Positions 1 to 10,765 of a DNA stretch of 64,000 nt are shown piece after piece; positions within the stretch are counted from its first letter, which is position 1, and every line of letters starts with the position of its first letter. A program made the translations under genes and the position numbers. The DNA is from Schizochytrium sp. TIO01 (taxonomy: Eukaryota > Protista > Bigyra: Labyrinthulomycetes): the NCBI GenBank assembly GCA_004764695.1, contig SMSO01000008.1, positions 806,001 through 870,000 of the forward strand. Reading direction: 5' to 3'. Below the pieces are notes generated by a model. That model was not told the origin of the DNA. It saw only the letters and a list, made by a program, of their open reading frames with translations, and searched no databases.

Positions 1-282
1 TTCGCGACGCTGTTGGTCCTCGAACGCTTCGTTATTCTGCAGTTGCTTCCGAAGAGCTTCTTCTGAAGCGGATTGTCCGCTTGCGACAACACGTAATGGC
101 GAGACTCGCGGATTGGTGTGTTCGCCATAATGGGTGTCCTCGTACTCAACGCCATCCTCAGCATCTATGTTGTGCACGCCAAGAAGGCTCTGATTGAGCG
201 GCATAGCGTCGAGGTTGCCGCTGTCCAAGCGACCTTCATTATCATGCCTCCGCAGCCCCACGGCCTGCCGCAGGCGGTCCAT
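1..282 (-). CDS. 5' part of a host gene running off the window edge (MDRLRQAVGLRRHDNEG...EAFEDQQRRE), product unknown
   Basis: ATG at 282 followed by 94 open codons to position 1 with no stop; GC-rich coding-like composition; absent from the ORF track because no stop lies in the window. Confidence 0.65.
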   Translation of the reverse strand, partial: MDRLRQAVGLRRHDNEGRLDSGNLDAMPLNQSLLGVHNIDAEDGVEYEDTHYGEHTNPRVSPLRVVASGQSASEEALRKQLQNNEAFEDQQRRE

Positions 283-1346
283 CGTTGCAAGCTTGGCGGT
301 GTGCGCGGGGAATCTAATGTGCAGTTTCCTCGAGGGGTGGAGTTTAGTTGGGGCGATGGTCCGTCTCTTCGGCAATCCAATTTGCTTTTCGTGTTGGATG
401 AATTCTGAGAATTTGAGGATATTAGATTTTTTTGTTCTAGTTATTCTTTTCTTTTCCTACGATACACCGCACACCTTTTACTAATTATATCAAATAGGTC
501 AAGCGAAACGAGCAAATGAATGTAGACTTGCAGACTTCTCCAGCTTTACGCTGACTAAACTGTTGCAGATACAGACACGTCATTGGGTTTAGGCAGTCAT
601 GAGTCAGAGTTTGAAGCCTTTGTTTCTTCTCGCATCCACCGCGGAGGAGACAGTTCTCGGGAAAACTCATATCAACCAGGAGGGGGTAGATTAAAGTATT
701 ACATTTTCCGAGAGATACTTATGATAAGGAATATTTATTGGTTTAGTCATTGATAAGATGAGTTTTGTGATTTATATACCCCATCAGAAGCAAGCTTTTT
801 TTGGGAAAGGTAGATTTTAAAGCCAGAGGAATGAACAACACGGAGTCAGGAAGGAGAGAACAAGGATTTATTCATATTCAGAAAGGGAAAACTACTCTAG
901 AGATGGGGCTGCACGCAAAACAACTTAATACAAGGAGTGGATCTAGGATTGGATGCCTCAGCGTACCCTTCATCACCCCGATCAAATTATAAGTAGGCAG
1001 TACCTAGTGGCATTCGCTTCTGAAGACACTCTTGAGAAAGAAAAAAATAGAGTACCCCAAAATTGCTGATTCATTAGATTTGTTATCGCAAATATTTAGA
1101 TAACATGCTTCTTGTGAAAAGAATACCTAGCTGGGAATTCCACCTGCATAGAAATAAATAAATCGTTTACGCCAGAAAATGAGAATATATGATTTACACA
1201 AGGGAGAAAAGGCCATAAGACTGAACTTTATGTTTGTTATAATGGATAGTGCTGTAAACAAATAGCCACTGATCTAATATCAATGTGGGTTGCGAGTAAG
1301 AGTACGTTGTGGTCATGACATGAACGGCTTTTAAGTCTAGTATGGC

Positions 1347-2837
1347 TTAGACCTTGAGGGTTTCCGCAGCGATATCAGAGTTGAGAAACTCAGACCATTC
1401 CTTGTCAAACTGGGCCTGTGCTTCGAGAACGGTGTCATGGTCAAGTGTAGAGCAGCGGAAGCTCGCACGGGCGAGGTGCTTAAGTTGTGCGAGGGTAAGG
1501 CCCCAAGCCTTGGCGACAAGTGCAAAATCGTAGGTGAGGTCATCGTAGCCAAAAGTAGCTGCATCATCACTGGAGATGGTGATTTTGATGCCCGCGTTGA
1601 GCATCATATGACCAGGGTGGTTACGAAGGTCATCCACATAGCCAAGGCACTGGTTCGACATGGGGCAGCACTCAATAGTGATGCCCTTCTCGCGTACAAT
1701 CCGCATAAGCGACGGGTGTTTAGGCAGTGCGTATCCGTGCCCAATTCGCTCAGAGCCGAGCGCAATAGCATCATAGAGCTGTTCCCCGTTGGGGTCGTTC
1801 GTCTCACCAGCGTGCAAAAGAAGACGTCCACCGCGGTCCTTGTAGTATGCGAGTGCCTCGTTGTAATCCGAAACAGGTCGCAAGGAGTCTTCGTGACCGA
1901 CAAGGTCGAAGCCGGCAATCCACCCAGGAAACTTAGTCTCGAGGCGGAGCGTAGTATCCACCATCTCTCGAACAGCCTCTGGTGAGAAAATCTTGAGACC
2001 ACACCAGACCATCTTGGCACCAATAAAACGAGGGTTTCTCTCCTTAAAGAGTTCCACAGTTCCAATAAAGGTCTCCATAAAGTCATCAACTGAGGCGTGG
2101 CGATCCACGAAGCTACCATCTTCTGCAGGTTTGATCCAGTCGGCAGAAAGGAGCTGTTTGACCTCAACGTAAGTAACTCCAGTCTTCAAGAGCTGGGTGA
2201 GAATGTCCCAAAAGTACGAGTCGGGGCCATCCCAGATTGGGATGGCATCAGAGAGTTCACGAACACGATTCCAGCAGTGCTGGAACACTGGCCACCGCTG
2301 CGATCTAGGTGTGTCAGGATCGACCTGGAGAAACTTGAGAAGGACACTAGATTCCACATCGGATGCTTTGACCCAGCCCTCACGCTGCGAAGCCTCCTCG
2401 TCTGTAAGATAACGGATTTCACCTTTGATTAAGGTCTCAGAGTAATGATCTTCTTCACCAGGAGCTCGAGTGCTCACAGCCTCTGCACTGGTAGCATTGT
2501 ATTCCTCGCCCATGAAAACGTGGACCCTGGAATCAGCCTGAAGACGATCTACGAGAGCCTCAAAAGGTCCTGTGGCGATTCCGTGGGTGTGAAGCAAGGC
2601 GCCTTTAGGCATGTGCTGCAGCAACTTGAAGATTGGGCTAGTCATGACCTTCTCGCGGGAGTACATAAGATGCACGCTAGGGTCAAGAGCATCGTCCTTG
2701 CGGAGAAGTTCGTCGAACGCCTTTTCCATTTGAACCTCCATCTCGGAGTCCAGCAAGTTGTAGTCGACGCTATGGAAGGACTCCAGCAATACCTGCTTAC
2801 GCAGGGCCTCCTTGCGCTGCTCAAACATGGACGTCAT
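1347..2837 (-). CDS. Adenosine deaminase, ADA2/ADGF (CECR1-like) family
   Basis: Motifs MPKGALLHTH, GFDLVGHED, LHAGET, RIGHG, IECCPMSN, ISSDD; first ATG at 2837 (ORF track starts at TTG 2849); intronless; no obvious signal peptide. Confidence 0.93.
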   Translation of the reverse strand: MTSMFEQRKEALRKQVLLESFHSVDYNLLDSEMEVQMEKAFDELLRKDDALDPSVHLMYSREKVMTSPIFKLLQHMPKGALLHTHGIATGPFEALVDRLQADSRVHVFMGEEYNATSAEAVSTRAPGEEDHYSETLIKGEIRYLTDEEASQREGWVKASDVESSVLLKFLQVDPDTPRSQRWPVFQHCWNRVRELSDAIPIWDGPDSYFWDILTQLLKTGVTYVEVKQLLSADWIKPAEDGSFVDRHASVDDFMETFIGTVELFKERNPRFIGAKMVWCGLKIFSPEAVREMVDTTLRLETKFPGWIAGFDLVGHEDSLRPVSDYNEALAYYKDRGGRLLLHAGETNDPNGEQLYDAIALGSERIGHGYALPKHPSLMRIVREKGITIECCPMSNQCLGYVDDLRNHPGHMMLNAGIKITISSDDAATFGYDDLTYDFALVAKAWGLTLAQLKHLARASFRCSTLDHDTVLEAQAQFDKEWSEFLNSDIAAETLKV

Positions 2838-3232
2838 CTTCGGTCTCAAAACTCAAGAGATTCGTGCGAAGCTTTAGAAAGCAAAAAGCGGCTCGTCGTC
2901 GTCAACGCAGCCTGCCAACCAGAGCGGCAATTATGATTTGCTCCCAAAGGTCGCTTCCCCGAAACTTGTTTGCTTGCCCAAGAACTCCGACTTCTTGTTT
3001 GCCGCTCGCGATCGTAAGTTATGTATGCCAAACTTTATTATATTTATCGTCAGGATTGCTTTCTCTTGAATTTCTTACTAATTCATCGCAGTTCCCATGT
3101 CCGGTAACATAGCTTTTCATTTTTAACTATAATATCTATATGTCGTACTCCTCTCTCATTTATTACCGCACTTGTGCATCGCGAAGGCACAAATACACCC
3201 CGCATTCAAAGGGGAATGAAGACTTGCTAGCT

Positions 3233-3260
3233 AATGAATGAATGAATGAATGAATGAATG
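3233..3260. repeat. (GAAT)n microsatellite
   Basis: Direct read of the tandem tetramer. Confidence 0.9.
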
Positions 3261-4530
3261 CCTTTGGGAAGAAGAACTCAGTAGACTTCGTGAGGGCTGT
3301 TCGTTTGATCGGCGTTTATCAGATTGACTTTACGATCGCTTACCATTGTCCATTGTCAAGACTTTGCCCCAAATTCGGCGCAGGGTAGATTGACAGGGAA
3401 GGTGGAATGGATAGCTAGCTAGCTAGCAAGCTCGGTTATTTAGCTCCATTTCCACGTGAAACGATACGCAGCAGCGATGGGATGCATTTCTTATGGTGGC
3501 GATGGCGGGTTCGCACTGATTGACCTTGTTCTCGCAGAGCGTTCTCTCCCACACGGCTCCGAAGCTCGATCGATCGTCATCGTCGTCATCCATCGCCATT
3601 TCCATCTTCACTGATGAGATTGGAGTGTGAGTGTGTGTGTACCTCTGGAGGTACATGCAAACCTCCTTCGTACACTCGTACGCTCTGATGTGCCCGGCTA
3701 GGTGCCTTCACGGCCAGCTGCTCAAGTTGCACCGCCGTGAAGATGTGCATCTCCAGTGGAAAGTCTGCGTCGACGTTGAGTGATCTCAGAATTGCAATGA
3801 GTTCAACCGAGATCGTGTCCAACTGGGCGGTATCGCGCCTTGCACTCCAGCTGGTGTCGTGAGAGACCAAGCCTGCTTTCGAGGAAGGTGGCTCGCTCCT
3901 TAGCTAGCCAGCTGCTGCCTTCGCCTTCAAGACGCCCTGCCTGGTGAAAGCTCCGCCCTTCCGCAGCCTGGCGCCGTGCAAGTCGCGGTGCCGTGCAACG
4001 TCTTCTTCGGGTCTGATTGATTGTCTGTCCTGCACGTGGAAGGCAGGCAGGCAGGCAGTCGATGCTCTTCGGGTGCCTCGGTTTGGCCCTCCAAGTTAGA
4101 CAAAGAAGCCCAACAGCAGCAACCTCAAGCTGGGCCCGGAGACCGCCGAGCGGAGCGTGCGCGAACCTGTCAGCTCAGCTATCAAGCCAGGACCGCAGAC
4201 TCGGGAGTTGGAGCGAACCCAAGGCCATTTGGAGGCAAGCAGGCGTCACCCCGACACGTGCTCCCTCCCTCCCTCCCTCGCGAGCGAGCTGTCTGCAGCC
4301 GCTGCGCCAGAATTCTAAGCTTGGTTGACCTCCAAGAGTCATCCTGGCCATGGCCATCGTCGCCGTCCATCATCGCCGCCGCCATCGTCGCGAATATCCC
4401 GGAGGACTCCAAGGCCAGAGCAAGCCGCACTCAGTCCGCAAGCGCCATCGTGACGGGTGCGCTCTCTGGCGATGCGCAAACACGGTCGACCCGAAGACCA
4501 TCGCGCGAACACGCCACGGTTCTGGCTGAA

Positions 4531-4531
<1 letters not shown>

Positions 4532-4572
<41 letters not shown>
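4532..4572. repeat. (CTG)n microsatellite
   Basis: Direct read; produces the poly-L/C/S stretches in overlapping ORFs. Confidence 0.95.
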
Positions 4573-4573
<1 letters not shown>

Positions 4574-4894
4574 GCCCTTCAGAACCTCTTCTCAGAGACC
4601 CTGGAGTCACCCATCGTGGACAGCCCATCAGGTCTGCCGGTGTCTCCGTGGAGCTCCATCGCCTGCTCGAGATGCCCTGCCAGGGTGCGTGCCTTCGACG
4701 CGGAGAAGGCGCTCCTGCAGCCCAAGCGCCTGGAGCTCGGCAGCCGCTCTCGACTTATCAGAATCGATCAGAACCGGCATTATTGACAAGCTAACTTCGT
4801 GTCGTTTTATCGTGGTTCGGCGTGGCGCATGCAAACTGTCACCACGGCGCTGCTGGAAGAAGCAGCAGAAGAGGGCGGAAGATCCTTGGTAGCG

Positions 4895-5110
4895 CCCATT
4901 CATCCATGCATGCATGCATGCATCGATTGATTCATTGATGTATTGGTTCATTCATTGATTCATTCATTCATTCACTGATTGATTCGTTGATTGATTGTTT
5001 AATGAATTGTTGAATGAATGAATGAATCAATCAATGAATGAATGAATGAATCAATCAATCAATCAATCAATCAATGAATCAATCAATCAATGAATGAATG
5101 GGTGGATGAA
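4895..5110. repeat. Compound tetranucleotide microsatellite (ATTC/GATT followed by GAAT/CAAT)
   Basis: Direct read; left part is ATTC/ATTG-rich and right part is the complementary GAAT/CAAT. Confidence 0.85.
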
Positions 5111-5825
5111 TCGATCATTCGTTCACTTCTCAAGAGAGCTATCGATGGTGGCGGCTGCAGAACTCGCTCGTTGGTCGTGATTGGGTGGTTCATTGCTTTG
5201 CAGAAGAGGCCCGAAGCCAACCGGGGCAAAGCAGGGAGGGAGGCACTTAGTGCAAGGGTGTCTCCGGTTCTGGTTTCTAGAGTCTTTTTGAGAGTGGTCG
5301 GAACAGGAGCAACGATAGATCGCACACGAGCGCCCAAAAGCAAACAAGCCCCAAAGAAGGTGGCCACTCCTGAGGATTTGTAACAATTGATCAGCATAAG
5401 CGTCTTCGCGAAATCGGCAGGACGTTTGGGGCTGAGTCTCTACGCAAGTCAAGGAGTAGGGAGCCTCGGGCTGCTGCTGAGGTGGTGTTGCAGCGTAGCT
5501 GACTGAATGAGAGATAACAAACAAGCACTCGAACATTGCTTTGTAAAAATAAAAGTTTGTGATTTTTTAATTTAAATGAAAAAGTGAAAAAATGAAAAAA
5601 AGAAAAGAAAAAGAATCAATGAAAAGTGTATCCAAAGAGCAAACGCGGTGCCCCTCCCCATGTCTCTCGCTAGGGTCTAGACACTCAGCCTTCTGACTTA
5701 CATCACCAGCCATGGTTTCGTCGAAGACAGTACTAAGGTAGGTACTGAGTAGAAACCTCACATGTTATACCTAATTTGGATGTTTAGACACCAACTAAAC
5801 TACATCCTGCGAACAATCTTTTCTT

Positions 5826-5826
<1 letters not shown>

Positions 5827-5869
<43 letters not shown>

Positions 5870-5890
5870 TTCATTTATTTATTTTTAATT
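5827..5890. repeat. (TAT)n microsatellite and AT tract at the left edge of the viral-like island
   Basis: Direct read. Confidence 0.9.
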
Positions 5891-8179
5891 AATTTAAAGT
5901 AAAAATATTAATTTTAAAAAATAGCTTTGAGAGGATCGATTCTGGAATTTGGGAAAATTCCCCTTCTTGTGTGGACGGCATTGATTTAAAAAAAATCTCT
6001 GACCAAGTTCGCCTTGAGTTGGTCTGGACAGTTGAGGCATCCATGATAGAACTTGGTCCTATTGTTGTACCAGTACTAACCTTGATTCGACGACGATGCA
6101 CCCATACAACAATTAATCTGGTGGATACTGGGTCTGTTAAAGGTTTCTTGTTTGCAGCTCGACCCGTGTCCTTTATTTGTTTATTTCCATTGCTTCAGCT
6201 TCCTGCCTCAGATATTCTTTCAACTCTTCAACTGATTCTTTAATCGTTTCCAAGTCATCCAGTGGATTGGGGGAAGCTTTTACATCTCCTTCTTCCTGTT
6301 CGACATCCTCGTGGTCAGAGTACTCGTAGTCTTCCTCGTCATCGCCCGCATCATCATCATCGTTGATTGCTTGTTCATCAGGTTCTTCAAATTCCAACTT
6401 CGCTTGCTGTCCGGTTGCATTATAAAGATCGTTTTCACATTTATTATCCAACTGCGCATCCAACATTTCCATATTCCTTTCTAGTTCTTCATGAGCTTCC
6501 AATTCTCGCTTTGTGGAAATTTTATCTTCTAACAGGGTCATATTATTGAATAAGTCTTCGAACGTCGAATCACTCGGAGTTTCATCCATCTCAACAGGTT
6601 CTTCGAGGGATAGCTTATCAAAAGTGATTGAATTGTTCGACTCGCGCCCCTCACCACCGTCTTCAGCAAGGGACTCCGCATCGAAGTCCATGTTCGCGTA
6701 CCTTTTAAGCTCATTCAAGTTGTCCTTCATATTGTTATAATGATGATCATAGTTTTTCAATGCAACATCACCGCCATATTGACCGTAACCGTCTTCTTCG
6801 GAAGGGGTTGGATCCCTGGGTCCGTAATCGTGTCCATCATACTCCAGACCGTCATCTCCTCCCCAATAGGAGTAATCAAAATCGTCATCGTTCAAAGAGG
6901 ACGCAGCTTTTGCTCTAGGACCCCCAAAGCTGGAGTCGCCAAATACGCCGCATTAAATGTTCGTTCAATATCATCCCGCATTTCTAACCGTTTTTCTTCG
7001 CTCATCAATTCGTGATTATCCCCGCTTTCATCTTCCAGATACTGCAAACCTTACCATGGTTAACACTACTATCGCTCCGCTCATGATGGATTGAATGTTT
7101 CGAAACACTATCAAGAATTACACGTGATAGTCCGTCTTTCTTGAGATCTGAATCAGAAGCGTACTTAGGCTTAGGCTTAGACTTAGACTTAGACTTAGAC
7201 TTAGACTTAGACTTAGACTTAGACTTAGACTTTGACTTAGACTTAGACTTAGACTTAGACTTAGACTTTGACTTAGACTTTGACTTAGACTTTGACTTTG
7301 ACTTGTTTTCATAAATTGTCTTAAGAGATAGAGGTGGTCTTTTTAATGATTTTCTTGGTTTCTCACCGCGCAAATGCCTTTGCATTTTACCCCCCTTGGA
7401 CGATGGCTTTGAAGATTTAGAGCGAGAAGAAAGATTAACAGGCGTCGCCATTCTAAAAATATATCCATCGCAATATGTATCCCTCCTCATTGAATGTTCT
7501 TTAGGTCCACCCAATCCCCTTTTAGACCTCGCCTTTGTAGAAATCATAGAAGGTTCGAGAAAAGCCACATCTCCTTGGGTATTCATATTATTATTTGTAG
7601 CCAATTCAAGCGGATGTCGGGTATCGTTATTTCATAACCTCTACTTCTCCTTGCTGCAGCAGCGTCTCCAGTCTTTCCTTTCTTGGGTTTTAATGGAGAA
7701 TTCTTCATTAAAGTCGCAAGTCTCGCACTTCTTCTTAGTTTCTGCGGCGTTTGGGTGAGTCCCACACTCGTTTTTACATTTGAATCGCTTTTCAACCGCT
7801 CTAGTAAAAACTCCGCATAGATCTCATTGAAGTATTTCTTTTCTAAAGCAAGAGTTTGTGATTTTGCATCCTCACCTAATATAAACTTGTTTAAGGCAAC
7901 ACTACGAATGATATCAACCAAAGCACTTCTTTGAGAGACTGATGTCTCGCTTGCTGTAAGAGCCTTGATCAACATAGTAACCTGAGCGGGTGTACAAACA
8001 TCAATAAGCTCTTCAATGTACCCATTATACAATTCTTCTTTGGTTATGATAAAGGCGAGAGTATCGATCGCATGAACATCTGAAATGACTCTATTGCTTT
8101 TGTCGTCAGTCAATTGTAAACCTTTCAAGTATTCCCTTAAGCCGTCCGCGTCGCTCACATCGTGGATTTCTTTGATCAT
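5889..8179 (-). pseudogene. Frameshifted orphan gene of about 760 codons (helical N-terminus, KS repeat, D/E-rich region), split into ORFs 7583..8188, 7005..7604, 6173..6895 and 5889..6101
   Basis: Adding one A to short A runs (minus strand) at about 7631, 7051, 6909 and 6181 joins the fragments in frame (e.g. SRGYE-NNDTRHPLELATN; NHG-K-GLQYLEDESG; MEI-K-QIKDTG). Confidence 0.65.
7165..7303. repeat. (GACTTA)n hexamer tandem repeat encoding a Lys-Ser dipeptide run on the minus strand
   Basis: Direct read; KSKSKS... in ORF 7005..7604. Confidence 0.95.
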
Positions 8180-8321
8180 GAATGCCACTACTTTACGCTC
8201 TCATTGAAAATGTATGCTTCGTTTTCCATATATACTCACACCTTTCCTAAGTCAGCAAAATACAACATGTCGACTTGTGCAAAGATATCTTTAGGAAAAC
8301 CAATCATGTTATTACAGAAAG

Positions 8322-8900
8322 ATGCACGGCCGGCGGTGCATCAAAGAAACCTTTGCGATACTAGGCTATGGCAAACACACTTCTTGTTCCTTTAGTGCAC
8401 TAACCCTTAAACACAAAAACCCGGCTGCGACGATCATTATATTTTCAACCGGAAATATTACAATCATGGGATGTAGCTCCATGTGGGGTGCACTCTTTGT
8501 ACTCCACAAAATAAAAAAGCAACTGTCCTTGGATATCATCAACATTAAACTTACAAACGTGGTAGTTACATTCTCTCAAAACAGACTTCAAGTTGATAAC
8601 TTGTACGAATGGGATCAAAGGAATTGTTCCTGTGACATGCAGCTCTTTCCTTCTTGCACCTACACGATTCCAAACACAAAAATTAAAGCGAACTTTTTTA
8701 ATAGCGGTGCTGTGGTAGTTGCGGGGTGTAACAGCGATGAAATGGTAAAAAATGTTATTCGCGGATTAATAACTCTTATACATGACTTTAGGAATACAAC
8801 ACCTGCAGGGAAAGAACATTTAAAAAAAAAAATAGAAAGCTCACTTACGCAAAACCCTAATACTAAAAATAATCATGAACACCCCGTGTGTGAACTGTAA
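8322..8900 (+). CDS. TBP: Divergent TATA-box binding protein (viral type); 5' end probably extends upstream across a frameshift or intron
   Basis: Two TBP repeats: FSALTLKHKNPAATIIIFSTGNITIMG and TNVVVTF...FPSCTYTIPNTKIKANFFNSGAVVVAG; a first-strand-like KTNHVIT lies in another frame at 8296-8316. Confidence 0.85.
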   Translation: MHGRRCIKETFAILGYGKHTSCSFSALTLKHKNPAATIIIFSTGNITIMGCSSMWGALFVLHKIKKQLSLDIINIKLTNVVVTFSQNRLQVDNLYEWDQRNCSCDMQLFPSCTYTIPNTKIKANFFNSGAVVVAGCNSDEMVKNVIRGLITLIHDFRNTTPAGKEHLKKKIESSLTQNPNTKNNHEHPVCEL

Positions 8901-9657
8901 AAGCATTCGCTACGTTTTCGACCAAAAGGAAGCGAATCTCGTTTGTACAGTCTGTGGCATTGTGAAAACGTATAGAGACACTTTTGCAGATATTGATTAC
9001 AGCAACCAGCCCGCCGTTAGTTCCTCATCGAAAAGAGTCACCAAAAACTATCAAATACTCGTTGATAGGGTCTTCCCTAATGATGTCAAATTTAGAAAGT
9101 TTAAAAAAATCATCCTGAACTACTGTGAAGAGCTAGACTTCCCTTCACGCATTTCTAACAAATGCACACTTCTTTTGAAAAAGAACTTTGACACTCTACG
9201 CAGGGTAAGACCTCAGAACATTGCTTTGTTGGCATTAATCTTGATTGTTTCTAGAACAACTGAAGGTGTGTTCGTACCACCCGCAAGCGTGCGCTCAGTT
9301 ACGAATGTTGACTCGTCTAAAATTAACCATGTCTTGAAAGAAGTTTCTAAAATTTTAGGAATCAATTCTTTCACAATGATCACTTCTTCCATACCCTTTT
9401 TAATTTCCTGCATGAAACTTCCCTATAGGTACACTGGTGAACTGAAATTACTGTACAAGAAGGCGTGCATTAAATACCCATCCATGAACCCTAACACGCG
9501 GATGGCACTCTGCGTTTACCAAATCTCAATTCAAACTAAATCAGACTTCAGCATTGTTGATATTGCATATCATACAGATACACACGTCGCAAGTATCATG
9601 AAATATGTAGACCTTCAACAACAAAGAACAACAAAAGCGTCAGATGATAACAAATAA
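8875..9657 (+). CDS. Transcription initiation factor TFIIB-like protein (viral type)
   Basis: N-terminal Zn ribbon CVNC...VCTVCG followed by two cyclin-like helical repeats; overlaps the TBP 3' end. Confidence 0.82.
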   Translation: MNTPCVNCKSIRYVFDQKEANLVCTVCGIVKTYRDTFADIDYSNQPAVSSSSKRVTKNYQILVDRVFPNDVKFRKFKKIILNYCEELDFPSRISNKCTLLLKKNFDTLRRVRPQNIALLALILIVSRTTEGVFVPPASVRSVTNVDSSKINHVLKEVSKILGINSFTMITSSIPFLISCMKLPYRYTGELKLLYKKACIKYPSMNPNTRMALCVYQISIQTKSDFSIVDIAYHTDTHVASIMKYVDLQQQRTTKASDDNK

Positions 9658-9670
9658 TAAAAATGTTGAG

Positions 9671-10702
9671 TTAAATCGTTCCAATTGCAACACCTTTCAA
9701 TTCAATGGTTGTGTTTTCATGTTGTTCAACATCAAGTGAAGTTGACCTTTGGTAGCGATTGTCACTTTGTTCCCGATCGAGTGGAAAACTAGTAGCTTCA
9801 CTTTCATAGTCCATTCTCCTCGCCATCCTTGCTTTTCTTAATTTGCCCACGATTGATACGAATGGCGATGCTAACAAATATGCTAATGCGATTCCATAAG
9901 TTGAAAACAGAATAAAACTGGACACTTGCACTATCACAGACTCTCCAACGAAAAGTATAAGAAATGAACAGCAACAAACGAGAAAGGGAATCAGCACCAC
10001 AATAGCACAAGGGTTCTTCACTAGCCTCTCTGATATACAAATACCACCGAAGGAATAAAAGAAGAAGGCAATAGAGCCCATCATTGCAACTCCAACAAGG
10101 CTGGACTGGATCCAATTGAGGAAAGTGATCTCTAAAGGTCCGAAACAGGTTTCCGATCCGTTGCTAAAGGTCACACATGTCGAATACTTCTCAAAACATG
10201 AAATGTTACTCACTTCTGTAGAAAAATCACTATGCACTGCATTTTCAAAAAGGTCGACTAGTATGTTATAACCATTAAATGGAGTACCTAATTCAACAAC
10301 AGTACCATCAGCTCGAGTGCTAGAATCGGAATCAGAACCCCATGGAGTCAACGGATTATAAAGTTTGGAGCTACCTACAGCGTTAGATTTATACACATAG
10401 CCGGAGCAAGTCAACACATATTCATCGTCTGTGAAGGTTACACAGTAATGATACTCACACATCATTAATTGCCTAACGTTGTGATATTGGATAATCGTAT
10501 CATAACCTCTATTCGCACACAGCATATTCCCCGTGTCAGTGTTTAGATTGCATGACACGATATTATTGCCGACCACCTCTACCCCTGATTCTTCAGTGGT
10601 ACCGTCGGACGTCGTCACTGAAACATCTGAAGAACCTAAAGCAGGTCCAACGATACAGAGTAGTGCTGTGAATACGAGACAATAAGCGGTTGAAACATAC
10701 AT
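9671..10702 (-). CDS. Orphan membrane glycoprotein: signal peptide, Cys-rich ectodomain, about 3-4 C-terminal TM segments
   Basis: Hydrophobic N-terminus, repeated C-V-T-F units, N-glycosylation sequons, hydrophobic segments in the C-terminal half. Confidence 0.75.
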   Translation of the reverse strand: MYVSTAYCLVFTALLCIVGPALGSSDVSVTTSDGTTEESGVEVVGNNIVSCNLNTDTGNMLCANRGYDTIIQYHNVRQLMMCEYHYCVTFTDDEYVLTCSGYVYKSNAVGSSKLYNPLTPWGSDSDSSTRADGTVVELGTPFNGYNILVDLFENAVHSDFSTEVSNISCFEKYSTCVTFSNGSETCFGPLEITFLNWIQSSLVGVAMMGSIAFFFYSFGGICISERLVKNPCAIVVLIPFLVCCCSFLILFVGESVIVQVSSFILFSTYGIALAYLLASPFVSIVGKLRKARMARRMDYESEATSFPLDREQSDNRYQRSTSLDVEQHENTTIELKGVAIGTI

Positions 10703-10765
10703 TTGGAGAGCTTAATCCAAGAACCCTCCTCCGCTCAACCGAAACAAAAAAAAATAAAAAATATA

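Noticed and set aside
1437-2936. Several 110-190 aa ORFs overlapping the deaminase
   Set aside because: Shadow ORFs of a GC-rich gene; no motifs
4017-4951. ORFs with poly-Leu/Cys/Ser (e.g. 4021..4794)
   Set aside because: Products of a CTG microsatellite in GC-rich DNA; non-ATG starts, no recognisable domain
7165-7303. Telomere-like repeat (TTAGAC/TTAGGC)
   Set aside because: Lies in frame within a coding region as a Lys-Ser run with codon-level variants; not TTAGGG and not at a boundary
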